Shown here: one piece after another, positions 35,754-44,408 of the stretch | Layout: the number at the start of each line of letters is the position of its first letter | How positions within the stretch are numbered: position 1 is the first letter of the stretch | NCBI GenBank assembly: GCA_026397015.1 | Contig: JAPLVR010000003.1 | Location: forward strand, 186,359 to 250,358 | Direction of reading: 5' to 3' | From: Candidatus Iainarchaeum sp. | Lineage (GTDB): Archaea > Iainarchaeota > Iainarchaeia > Iainarchaeales > JAAZKV01 | Length of the DNA stretch: 64,000 nucleotides | Translations under genes and position numbers: made by a program | The notes under the pieces: model-generated | What the model was told of the DNA's origin: nothing | The model's database searches: none | The model's input: only the letters and a program-made list of their open reading frames with translations

Positions 35754-38663
35754 ATGAAAAAAGCCGTCTTAATCGCGGGCATTCTTTTGTCGCTAATCAT
35801 ACTTTCTGGGGCAGCGCTCGCGGAGGATTGTGTTTGTACCGATGTATACGAGCCCGTATGCGGAGTCGACAAAAAAACATATGGAAATGAGTGCAACGCA
35901 AACTGCGCCGGAATTGAAATTGCTTATAAGACAGGATGCTCTCACACCTGCGAAGATATCTCCTGCACACTTACCTGCCCATATGGAGTTAAAGCTGATG
36001 AATACGGCTGCAAGCTCTGCGAATGCAACGAAATTAGCTGCGCCGGAGAAGGAATGGGAATCGCGGTAATACCAAATCCGCCGAGCTGCTGTGAGGGACT
36101 CAATCAAATACCCCCGAAAAGCGGGGACCTCTTAGGCATTTCCGGAATATGCACTGCAAAATGCGGCAACGGAAACTGCGACACAGGAACAGAAACTAAT
36201 TATAATTGCCCCGAAGACTGCCAGCCAGTGCCATGCAAAAACGATGGAGAAGACATTCCGGTTATTGAGAATCCTCCTGTATGCTGTGAAGGATTAAGGG
36301 CTGAACCAATATATGACAGGAAAGGAGTTAGTGCGATATGCAAAAAGCCGACCCCTTGCATCGGCACCATCGACGAACAAGGGTGCAAAGTAGTGAAATG
36401 CGATGATGGCAGGTATGAAAGAAATTGTCCAACCACCCCGACACCGGTAACATGCGAAAAGCAGGAAGATCCTGCAACTAAATGTGTAATAAAAAAATGC
36501 AGCGATGGATACATTGATAGATGGTGCCCGACACAGCCCACTGAATGCAAAACTTATATTGATGAAAAGGGCTGCAAAGTAACTTCCTGCGCAGATGGGA
36601 CCAGACGAGATTGTCCGACGCCCGCACAAGAGGAATGCACGAAATATGTTAGGGAAGACGGCTGCGTAGTGAAGAAGTGCAAAGAGGGTGCCGTAATGAT
36701 TGATTGCCCGACTAGTACAGTACTTCCTGCAAGTGCGGTACCCACAAGCTGCATCGAAGTGAGAGATGAAAGCGGAAATGTTGTAAGCAGGCAATGCCAA
36801 GCGGTTGCAGTAAATGAAGTGCCAATTTTCACAACCGCCTGCCCAACAGATGAAGACAATAAGAGAAAAATAGAAGCGTGCAGGCTCTCAAACGGAAATC
36901 CATTTACCGAAGCATCCTCAAATGGGTGCAAAGTAATCAATTGCCGGATGGCAACATCAAGTACCACCAGTGGCGACGCAACGCCGGCCGTTGCAACAAC
37001 CTGTCCGGGGCAGCCAATTGAGGAAATTAGAAAAATAAAGGATGACTGCAAGCAAAATGCCGGCGAAATAATTGTGAAGTTTGATGGTGGCGGATGCGAG
37101 AAATATTACTGCATAAAAAACTGGGAGCAGGACTGCAGAAAGGAAAAGGACATTCCTGCTGAAAAGAAGGATTCCTGCGAAAAGCAGGGCGGGCAATTTA
37201 TATTAAAAACAAACGAAAAGGGCTGCATTACATTCATTGACTGCATCACGACCGGACAGAGTAGCTATGCTTCATCGGAAATAAAAAAGACGCCCGATGT
37301 TGCAGAGCTCACTGATTTGGCTTTTAAACTGGAAAGCCTGAAAATAGAATTTGAGGGCCTTGGAAAGAAAGCAGACGGAATTGCAGCATATTACGAAGAA
37401 AACGGAAATGAGGCGGATGCGAACAGGTTCAAGAGGGTTGCAGGCATGCTCTACTCCGCAAAGGACAAAATCGATGAAATCAAGAATATGATACGGGAAA
37501 ACCTTGATAACTTCGATGAAAGCATGGCAAGGGAAGTAAAAGATTCCATAAGGTACATAAAGGAAATACTGCTGAAAGACATTCTTTACATTATGCTCGG
37601 TGGGGAGGGAAAAGCCGGGGAAACCTGCAAAAACATTTCCTGCTTTGAGAGGGCATTAAGGGCTTGCCTCCCGACAACGATAACAGTAAGCGAAGGCGGA
37701 AAAGAAATGGAAATAAATATTCTCGGGGTGGAGGACAACCTTTGCAAATTAGAGGCAAAGACGGGCGATGAAAGCGGAACATACGAAATGATCTGCAAAA
37801 TCCCCGACTTTTCTATGATAGGCTTGGGGCAATTCAAGCCGGAAAAATACTGCGAGGGAACGCTGCTTGATTATATGGCAGGAAGTATAAGCCCAAAAAC
37901 GTCAACAAGCAACCAGATACAAGCCCCATTAGAAGGACCAGAGCTGATAATAGAGTCTGTGAAATGCGTATTTAATAATAACGCCAGTGGAACGCAGAAA
38001 TGCTACGACAGCACAGGGGCATACGGGTGCGCAAATGAGCCTAAAAGAGACAAAAGAGACTACTCAACAATGTGCACGCCCAAAACGGAACAGATTAAAG
38101 TCGGGGAAAGGATCGCAGTGAACGGCGGCGGGGCATATGAAGGCAAAACACTGACAATAAACTTAACGGATACAACCGCCACAAACACCGACGAAACGAC
38201 TATAAAAAGCGCATGGGCATTAAAAAACGGCGATGAAATGCTGAAAACCGCCGAAACCATAAGGGGCAACACAAGCTCACAGGACGATCTCAGCTTGATA
38301 TTCCGCGAATACATTGCCACAGGCACCTATATCCGCATCACGGGCATAGTGCCAACAGGGGATAAATATGCCGTAACGCTGGTAACCACCTGCGAAACGT
38401 CCGATTACACTTCGTGCACTGCTGAAGTAAAGGGGGCCAAAGGCACAAAGCTTACTTGGAAAAGCACATGCGGAGGATATGCATACACAACAGTGGACGG
38501 GGAAAACGAATATGCAGAATTCAAATGCGGATTCTGCGACAGCTTAGACGAAGCGGGCTGTGAAAAAACAGAAGGATGCACCACCGTCCGTATTTCTGCA
38601 CCACCAACAGGAGCAACAAGCGATACTGGTAAATTTGTTAGATGCGAGGCGATAGTTCAATGA
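35754..38663 (+). CDS. Cys-rich secreted protein with N-terminal Kazal-like domain, ~30-aa GC.V..C.DG.....CPT repeats, coiled-coil and C-terminal Cys domain
   Basis: Signal peptide MKKAVLIAGILLSLIILSGAALA. Kazal signature CVCTDVYEPVCGVDKKTYGNECNANCA. At least six repeats of the form EQGCKVVKCDDGRYERNCPT. The tool start at 35655 adds 33 aa upstream of the signal peptide. Confidence 0.7.
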   Translation: MKKAVLIAGILLSLIILSGAALAEDCVCTDVYEPVCGVDKKTYGNECNANCAGIEIAYKTGCSHTCEDISCTLTCPYGVKADEYGCKLCECNEISCAGEGMGIAVIPNPPSCCEGLNQIPPKSGDLLGISGICTAKCGNGNCDTGTETNYNCPEDCQPVPCKNDGEDIPVIENPPVCCEGLRAEPIYDRKGVSAICKKPTPCIGTIDEQGCKVVKCDDGRYERNCPTTPTPVTCEKQEDPATKCVIKKCSDGYIDRWCPTQPTECKTYIDEKGCKVTSCADGTRRDCPTPAQEECTKYVREDGCVVKKCKEGAVMIDCPTSTVLPASAVPTSCIEVRDESGNVVSRQCQAVAVNEVPIFTTACPTDEDNKRKIEACRLSNGNPFTEASSNGCKVINCRMATSSTTSGDATPAVATTCPGQPIEEIRKIKDDCKQNAGEIIVKFDGGGCEKYYCIKNWEQDCRKEKDIPAEKKDSCEKQGGQFILKTNEKGCITFIDCITTGQSSYASSEIKKTPDVAELTDLAFKLESLKIEFEGLGKKADGIAAYYEENGNEADANRFKRVAGMLYSAKDKIDEIKNMIRENLDNFDESMAREVKDSIRYIKEILLKDILYIMLGGEGKAGETCKNISCFERALRACLPTTITVSEGGKEMEINILGVEDNLCKLEAKTGDESGTYEMICKIPDFSMIGLGQFKPEKYCEGTLLDYMAGSISPKTSTSNQIQAPLEGPELIIESVKCVFNNNASGTQKCYDSTGAYGCANEPKRDKRDYSTMCTPKTEQIKVGERIAVNGGGAYEGKTLTINLTDTTATNTDETTIKSAWALKNGDEMLKTAETIRGNTSSQDDLSLIFREYIATGTYIRITGIVPTGDKYAVTLVTTCETSDYTSCTAEVKGAKGTKLTWKSTCGGYAYTTVDGENEYAEFKCGFCDSLDEAGCEKTEGCTTVRISAPPTGATSDTGKFVRCEAIVQ

Positions 38664-38857
38664 AAAAAATAATCGCAATAATGTTTGTCGGATTGCTTTT
38701 GGTAAGCATGATTTTCATTAACGGATGTACGGCTCCGGCTGAAGACGACAAGCCAAAAAATGATAATGAAGCAAGCAATGCCCTTTCAGACATGGGGAGC
38801 GATATCAAAGGAATAGGCGGCACGCTTGATGAAATCGACCAAAACTTCGGCCAATGA
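38660..38857 (+). CDS. small acidic lipoprotein (65 aa)
   Basis: Begins MKKIIAIMFVGLLLVSMIFINGC, with a lipobox-like INGC. The start was moved to the internal Met of the tool ORF. Confidence 0.45.
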   Translation: MKKIIAIMFVGLLLVSMIFINGCTAPAEDDKPKNDNEASNALSDMGSDIKGIGGTLDEIDQNFGQ

Positions 38858-38933
38858 CCAACAATAAACCAAAAATGCACTCTCAAACTTCTTTTCTTAT
38901 TATTTTATTAATCTCTTTGCGCAGGATTAATTC

Positions 38934-39812
38934 ATGCGAAAAACTTTTTTCCCGCCGCAATTCATCGAAAAATACAAAAAATTCTGCGGAAGCGAGTGGG
39001 GCGGCTTCTTCGAGTGCATTCAAAGAAAACAGCCGAAAGCATTTTGGGTTAACACGGACAGGGCAACCGTCGAAGAGGTGAAAAAATCCCTCACCGCACA
39101 AAAAATAAAATTCGGACAGCTGCCCTTTCACGAGCAGGCATTTGCAATCGAGCTTCAAAGGCCCGGGAATTTGAGGGAATTCAAGGAAGGAAAAATTTCA
39201 ATACAGGAAAAAGCGGCGATGCTGCCCGTGCTGGCGCTTGCGCCTACAAAAAAAGATTATGTTTTGGATGCATGCGCTGCACCGGGAGTGAAAACGATTC
39301 AATTGAGCAATTTTGCTGGAAAAGTGCTTGCGGTTGATGTGAACAGCACGAGGATAAAGAGCCTGCTTTACAACAAAAAAGTTTTCGGGCTGAAAAATGT
39401 TGAGGTGGCGCGTAGCGACGCCAGAAATGTGAAGGAAACATTCGACAAAATACTGCTGGATGCGCCGTGCTCAAGCGAGGGGCTTGTAAGGAAAAGAATG
39501 GATGCGCTGGAGGGATGGTCGCAGAAGCTCGTACAAAGGAAAGCAAAGGTGCAAAAAGGGCTTATTTTGGGGGCGTTTGATTTATTGAAACCGAAGGGCG
39601 AAATGGTTTATGCAACATGCTCTTTCGCGCCGGAAGAGAATGAGGAAGTCGTGAAACTGCTGCTGGACAAGAGGAAAAATGCGGAGGTTCTGCCTGTTGA
39701 ATTTAAAGGAGTTAAAATAAGGGAGAATAATTTGTGCAAAAATTGCATTCGGCTTTGGCCGCAGGACAATGATACGCAGCAGTTCTTCTTCGCAAAAATT
39801 AGGAAAAATTAA
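38934..39812 (+). CDS. RNA cytosine-C5 methyltransferase (NOL1/NOP2/Sun family)
   Basis: SAM-binding and catalytic motifs DACAAPGVKT, DAPCSSEG (motif IV, Pro-Cys) and ATCSF (motif VI, Thr-Cys). Confidence 0.8.
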   Translation: MRKTFFPPQFIEKYKKFCGSEWGGFFECIQRKQPKAFWVNTDRATVEEVKKSLTAQKIKFGQLPFHEQAFAIELQRPGNLREFKEGKISIQEKAAMLPVLALAPTKKDYVLDACAAPGVKTIQLSNFAGKVLAVDVNSTRIKSLLYNKKVFGLKNVEVARSDARNVKETFDKILLDAPCSSEGLVRKRMDALEGWSQKLVQRKAKVQKGLILGAFDLLKPKGEMVYATCSFAPEENEEVVKLLLDKRKNAEVLPVEFKGVKIRENNLCKNCIRLWPQDNDTQQFFFAKIRKN

Positions 39813-40943
39813 TTAGGGGATTATTTCGGCACAATTATATTTTAGGAATTCGAGCTGCTTCTTTTTTATTTTTCCGGAGGCGAGCAGCTTTTTTATTTCC
39901 GGAGAGATTCTTTCCATTTCACGGAGCAGATGTTTTACCGTTGCGCAAAGCTCATTTCTCCCTCTTTCCAGCCAGGGCTTTGTGATGTTTGAGTAAAGGC
40001 AGCGGCCGCCGCAGAGCCCGAAATCGGCACAGGAAACGCAGGGCTCTTTCACGGTTAATTTGAAAGGCAAATCGGTTGGATTCGAAGTCCGGATATCGCC
40101 GAGGTAGTAATCATTCATGCCGGACATTATGGGGCAGGCAGAAATCTTTCCGTTCGGGAGGATTGTGAAATTCCCTATTCCTGAGCCGCATCTCAAATAA
40201 TACTTTTTTCCAAAAATAAGTGAATTAATTATTCCCATAAACGGGTAAAGGCGCAGGACTTTTCCTTTCTTCAACTCTTTCAGCCAAAAATTCGCAAGCT
40301 TTGTTATTTGCTTGTTGTAATTCTTCGACCATTCCGGAAAGTTCCTTTTTTTATAGTCGTGCCACATGTTCGCATCAAGCTGCCAGTGGATTGAAACGAA
40401 AGGAAATTCCTTGTTTTTGAGCAGATGCATTAAGTCCTTGTAAAAATCGGTCGGCTCTTCGACGCACATCCGAGCGATTATTTCGCCTTTGAAGCCGTTC
40501 TTCTTCAGCAACTTTAAATTTGAAATTATTTTTTCATATGTTCCTTCGCCCCTGTTTCTGTCGGTCGTTTCCTTTGTGCCGTCAATGGAAACAAGTACTG
40601 TGTGAAATTTGTTTGAATACTTTGTGGGAAGCTTGTCGAAAAGAATTCCGTTGGTTTGAATCAGAAAATTTCTTGCTTTTGTAGAATCCATTATTTGCTT
40701 TATCGAATCGATTTCAAGCAGCGGCTCGCCGCCGTAAAAAATTATTGAAACTCCTTCCTTGTCCTTTGAAAGAAAATTGTTGAGCTCTTGCATTGAGTAT
40801 TGGATTTTTTGGGGAACTTGCTCGAATTTCAAATCGATTTCGGGTTCGTCAAAGGCTTTTTCGCAGCAGTATTTGCAGCACAAATTACATTCCGGAGTCG
40901 TTATTATGTGATAAATCATAAAAAAAACCACCATTTCAATCAA
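39813..40943 (-). CDS. radical SAM enzyme with C-terminal SPASM domain
   Basis: N-terminal CxxxCxxC (PECNLCCKYCC), GGEP motif (IFYGGEPLL), and C-terminal SPASM Cys array CVSCADFGLCGGRCLYSN. It lies tail-to-tail with the NSUN gene with zero gap, and is last in a three-gene minus-strand operon. Confidence 0.8.
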   Translation of the reverse strand: MIEMVVFFMIYHIITTPECNLCCKYCCEKAFDEPEIDLKFEQVPQKIQYSMQELNNFLSKDKEGVSIIFYGGEPLLEIDSIKQIMDSTKARNFLIQTNGILFDKLPTKYSNKFHTVLVSIDGTKETTDRNRGEGTYEKIISNLKLLKKNGFKGEIIARMCVEEPTDFYKDLMHLLKNKEFPFVSIHWQLDANMWHDYKKRNFPEWSKNYNKQITKLANFWLKELKKGKVLRLYPFMGIINSLIFGKKYYLRCGSGIGNFTILPNGKISACPIMSGMNDYYLGDIRTSNPTDLPFKLTVKEPCVSCADFGLCGGRCLYSNITKPWLERGRNELCATVKHLLREMERISPEIKKLLASGKIKKKQLEFLKYNCAEIIP

Positions 40944-40965
40944 ATGAAAAATCTGAAATTAAAAG

Positions 40966-41838
40966 CTAAAATGCCGTTTCAAAGCTTAATCCTTTGGTAT
41001 ATCTATTCAAGCCAACCATTTTTTCTGGAATTTTTTCCCTGTCGGCGAATTTCTTGTAATCTAAAACTTTTTTCTTCCGAAGGAAGAGCGGAAGCTTTGA
41101 GGCGACGCCGTTGCCGCCGATGCAGCCGCCTTTGCAGAACAAAATGTCATAAAAAATTTTGTCGGAATGCGTTTCAAATAGTTTTAGCAAATCTGCGCAA
41201 CCATCGCGGGAAACAGTCTCCCCCTCTTTCAAAATATCTTTTGAATGCAGTGTTTTACCGAGTCCCCCGGAGAGCGGGTAAATTTTAGTGTAATCGTTGT
41301 AGAAGCGGTCGAACAGATGCGAGCGACCGGACTTTTTTGGCTTTTCTTTTTCAATAATTCCTTTCATTTCCCTAAAAGTAAGCGCTGCTGAAATCAACCT
41401 GCCATTTTTTGCTTCAATTTTTTTCGCGGAGCAGGGGGCAAGAAAAACGATTTTGTGCTTCGGATATTCCTTATGAAGTATCTTTGCCATTGAAATCACT
41501 GGAGAATCAAAAGGCAAAAGGAATTTTTTTAATTCAGGGTGACGGTTTTTCACCATTTCAACGGAAGTAGGGCAGACAGAGGAAATGAATTTCTCGTAGC
41601 CTTTCTTTCCTTTATTTTCTTTTATGTATTTGTGATAGTGTTCATTTACTATTTTTGCGCCGAAAGTGAGCTCGGTTATCCTGTCGAAGCCGAGCCCTTT
41701 CATCAAGGGAACAAAAGAAAGATAATCGAAGTCGACAACAAAAGAGGGCGCCGCCATCAAGCAAACTTTTTGCTTTTCATTCAAAAGCGACAGAACTTTT
41801 TTCTGGTCAGTGGAATAACTAAAATTTAGATCGACCAT
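40966..41838 (-). CDS. ultraminimal [FeFe]-hydrogenase-like protein (H-cluster domain only; HydA/Nar1-like)
   Basis: All three H-cluster motifs are present. L1 is SSVCPTSVE (TSCCPxW-like, with the proton-relay Cys replaced by Val). L2 is APCSAKKIE (MPCxxKxxE). L3 is DILFCKGGCIGGNG (ExMACxGGCxxGGG). 290 aa, with no accessory FeS domains. Confidence 0.6.
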   Translation of the reverse strand: MVDLNFSYSTDQKKVLSLLNEKQKVCLMAAPSFVVDFDYLSFVPLMKGLGFDRITELTFGAKIVNEHYHKYIKENKGKKGYEKFISSVCPTSVEMVKNRHPELKKFLLPFDSPVISMAKILHKEYPKHKIVFLAPCSAKKIEAKNGRLISAALTFREMKGIIEKEKPKKSGRSHLFDRFYNDYTKIYPLSGGLGKTLHSKDILKEGETVSRDGCADLLKLFETHSDKIFYDILFCKGGCIGGNGVASKLPLFLRKKKVLDYKKFADREKIPEKMVGLNRYTKGLSFETAF

Positions 41839-41864
41839 CCTAAATGAGATGGAAAAGAAAGTAT

Positions 41865-43091
41865 TTATTTGTTGGGTTTGCGCTTCAGAACGAAAACCTT
41901 GTCATTCGGCCTGCATCTGCCGGAAACTTTTATTCCAACGAATTCGCCTTGCCTAGCTTTTTTTATTTTCTTATGGTTGATTTCCATTGAGTCGAGTTTT
42001 TGCTCGATAAAAGTAGTTACGCCTTCAATAATTAATTTTTCACCGGCAGAGAGCGGAGCAAAGAGTTTTACTTCTGCCACGCCCGGCTTAACAAAATAAT
42101 GGGTTATGATGCCTACGTTAAATCTCTTCTGTGTTTGGACTGAACCCTGTCCTTTAGCTAAATCTTTTTCATCAGGAACGGAAAAAAAGAAACCATTTGA
42201 GAAGCCGCGGTTGTAAACTTTTTCAAGTTCTGAGTTCCAACGGGCAATTTTTTCTTTTGAAAAAGTGCCTTCAAAAACGGAGTCGATTGCCTGACGGTAA
42301 CAGCGCGTTGCAACTGCAATGTAATCGGAAGGCTTTGTCCGCCCTTCAATTTTAAGCGAATCAACCCCCACCCAGATTATTTTGTCCAAAAAATCTATTG
42401 TTTTCAGGTCTTTGGCGGAAAGGATGGTGCTTCCGTCCAAAAAAATCTCCTTCTTTTCGAAATTCGGGAAGTCGCCGTCCAAAAAGTAGGCGCGGCGGCA
42501 GGGCTGGAGGCATTGTCCGCGGTTCGCGCTTCTTCCAAACAGTTCATGGCTAAGGAAGCAGCGGCCGGAAACGGAAATGCACATGGCGCCATGAATGAAA
42601 CACTCAACTTCAATCCCAAGCTTTTTTGCAATTTTCTTTATTTTTGAAATCTGTTTCAGGCTGAGTTCGCGGGCGAGAATTATTCTTTTTATTCCTAGGG
42701 ATGAGTATTGCTTCAATGCTTCCGAGTTGGAAACGCTGGCCTGCGTGCTGAGGAACGGTTTTAGTTTGAATTTTTTTGCGAGCGAAAGGACGGAAAAATC
42801 CCACAAAATTACGCCGTCAACTTTTGCCCTTTTTGCTTCCTTTAATATTTTTTCCACTTGCTTTATTTCCCCGTCAAAAATTATTGTATTCAGCGCAAGG
42901 TAGCCTTTCATGTCGCTCGCGTGAAGGGAAGCCATTAATTTCTTCATGTCGCTGGCGGAGAAGTTGGTGCCGAGGTCGCGCATATTGAAGCCGCGGACGC
43001 CGAAGTAAACCGCATCGGCGCCGTTCGTGGCTGCGGCTATCGCCGAGGCAAAGTCGCCGACGCCCACGCACAATTCGGGCTTTTTCGACAT
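41865..43091 (-). CDS. peptidase U32 family protein (RlhA/TrhP/UbiU-type O2-independent hydroxylase fold)
   Basis: U32 signature EVECFIHGAMCISVSGRCFLSH. The start was set at the internal Met (MSKKPELCVGV). The tool start is at 43127. Confidence 0.75.
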   Translation of the reverse strand: MSKKPELCVGVGDFASAIAAATNGADAVYFGVRGFNMRDLGTNFSASDMKKLMASLHASDMKGYLALNTIIFDGEIKQVEKILKEAKRAKVDGVILWDFSVLSLAKKFKLKPFLSTQASVSNSEALKQYSSLGIKRIILARELSLKQISKIKKIAKKLGIEVECFIHGAMCISVSGRCFLSHELFGRSANRGQCLQPCRRAYFLDGDFPNFEKKEIFLDGSTILSAKDLKTIDFLDKIIWVGVDSLKIEGRTKPSDYIAVATRCYRQAIDSVFEGTFSKEKIARWNSELEKVYNRGFSNGFFFSVPDEKDLAKGQGSVQTQKRFNVGIITHYFVKPGVAEVKLFAPLSAGEKLIIEGVTTFIEQKLDSMEINHKKIKKARQGEFVGIKVSGRCRPNDKVFVLKRKPNK

Positions 43092-43170
43092 TGGAATCTT
43101 TTTTGCAGTTGAGTGATTACGGCGCATGATAGCATAAATTAAATAAAGAAACGCTTATAATTTTCTGCAT

Positions 43171-44364
43171 ATGAACGCGATTGACATAACCGAGTTTGTA
43201 ATAAAGACGTTCAGGGAGGGCAAACTTAGGACGTTTCTTACACTTGTGGGGATAGTAATAGGCGTTGCGGCGATAACGACTCTTTTTTCAGTGGGCACTT
43301 CGTTGAATGCGACTATCGAAAACGTTTTTCTCGCATTTGGGACCGACATGATTTACATAGAACCGGGAATGAGCATAAGCGAAATGATGACGACAAAGAT
43401 AAGCGACGACGCGATAAAACTTGCTGAAGGGGTAAGGGGCGTAAAAGAAGTAATTCCCTTTTATGAGACGAGCAGCGTCGGAAAAATTGGAAGCACGGAA
43501 AGTGGTTTTTTTATATTCGGAATTGACCCGGCCAAATTTGCAACGTTCGATGAGTCTGGTTATTTCACCGTGCTGGAAGGCAGACCGCTGAATAAGGGCG
43601 AGATATATTCAGTGCTTACATATAAAGACGCGCTAAAAAAATCTTTCGGAAAGGAAATAAAACTCGGGCAGTCAATTGAATTCAACAAAAAAAAGTTCAA
43701 AATAGTCGGATTTCTCGCGGAAAACTCGATGATGAGCGTGAGCCTCGGAGGAACCAATCTGCTGATAGTAAGCGACACGGCTGCAAAGGAATTGTTCGAT
43801 ACAAAAGATGCGATGGAAGCGGCTGTGACAGTGTTTGAAGGCTATGACTTAACAGATGTCGGCAGCAAAATTGAAACCAAACTGGATGACAAATACGGAA
43901 AAGGGGTTTACACAATTCTGACGCCGGACGAGGCATTAGCGCAGGTCGGCCAAATAATACTTATTGTGCAGGTGGTGCTAGGGTTCATTGCATTCATTTC
44001 GCTTATCGTCGGAGGAATAGGAATAATCAACACGATGGTAATGAATGTGAATGAAAGGGTTCAGGAAATAGGGACTATGAAAGCTATAGGCGCGACAAAT
44101 ACTACGATTGAAATGTTGTTTCTTTTTGAAGCGCTGATAATGGGGCTCGGGGGCGGACTGATAGGAGTTGTGATAGGATACATAATGACTTTTGCAGTGG
44201 TGCTGGTTGCAGGCGCAACAGGATTCCCGATGATTTTTACCATTGACTGGGGGCTTGCAGGCGGAATGATTATTTTTGCGTGCGCAATGGGCGCGGTAGC
44301 GGGAATAATTCCCGCAAGAATTGCCGCATCAATGGAACCTACAAAAGCGCTGAGGTACGAGTAA
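43171..44364 (+). CDS. ABC-transporter permease, FtsX/MacB-like (DUF214)
   Basis: N-terminal TM, a ~230-aa extracytoplasmic domain, and three C-terminal TMs with the FtsX signature ...RTKEIGTMKAIGAT.... No ATPase gene in the window. Confidence 0.75.
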   Translation: MNAIDITEFVIKTFREGKLRTFLTLVGIVIGVAAITTLFSVGTSLNATIENVFLAFGTDMIYIEPGMSISEMMTTKISDDAIKLAEGVRGVKEVIPFYETSSVGKIGSTESGFFIFGIDPAKFATFDESGYFTVLEGRPLNKGEIYSVLTYKDALKKSFGKEIKLGQSIEFNKKKFKIVGFLAENSMMSVSLGGTNLLIVSDTAAKELFDTKDAMEAAVTVFEGYDLTDVGSKIETKLDDKYGKGVYTILTPDEALAQVGQIILIVQVVLGFIAFISLIVGGIGIINTMVMNVNERVQEIGTMKAIGATNTTIEMLFLFEALIMGLGGGLIGVVIGYIMTFAVVLVAGATGFPMIFTIDWGLAGGMIIFACAMGAVAGIIPARIAASMEPTKALRYE

Positions 44365-44408
44365 ATATGTTTTGGGCGCAAACAAATATTTTTTGGGTGG
44401 CGAGTTAA

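Noticed and set aside
36200-37051. Antisense ORFs of 60-190 aa inside the large genes (for example 36294..36800 -, 19310..19675 -, 28944..29498 -, 53000..53446 -, 48510..49085 -)
   Set aside because: They lie entirely within well-supported genes on the opposite strand, have odd composition, and are typical shadow ORFs. The purine-rich rpo tracts give long stop-free antisense frames by composition alone.
39813-40943. Radical SAM gene as a HydE/HydG [FeFe]-hydrogenase maturase
   Set aside because: The CxxxCxxC lies at residue ~19 with a C-terminal SPASM Cys array, unlike the BioB-like architecture of HydE/HydG. No HydF GTPase is present.
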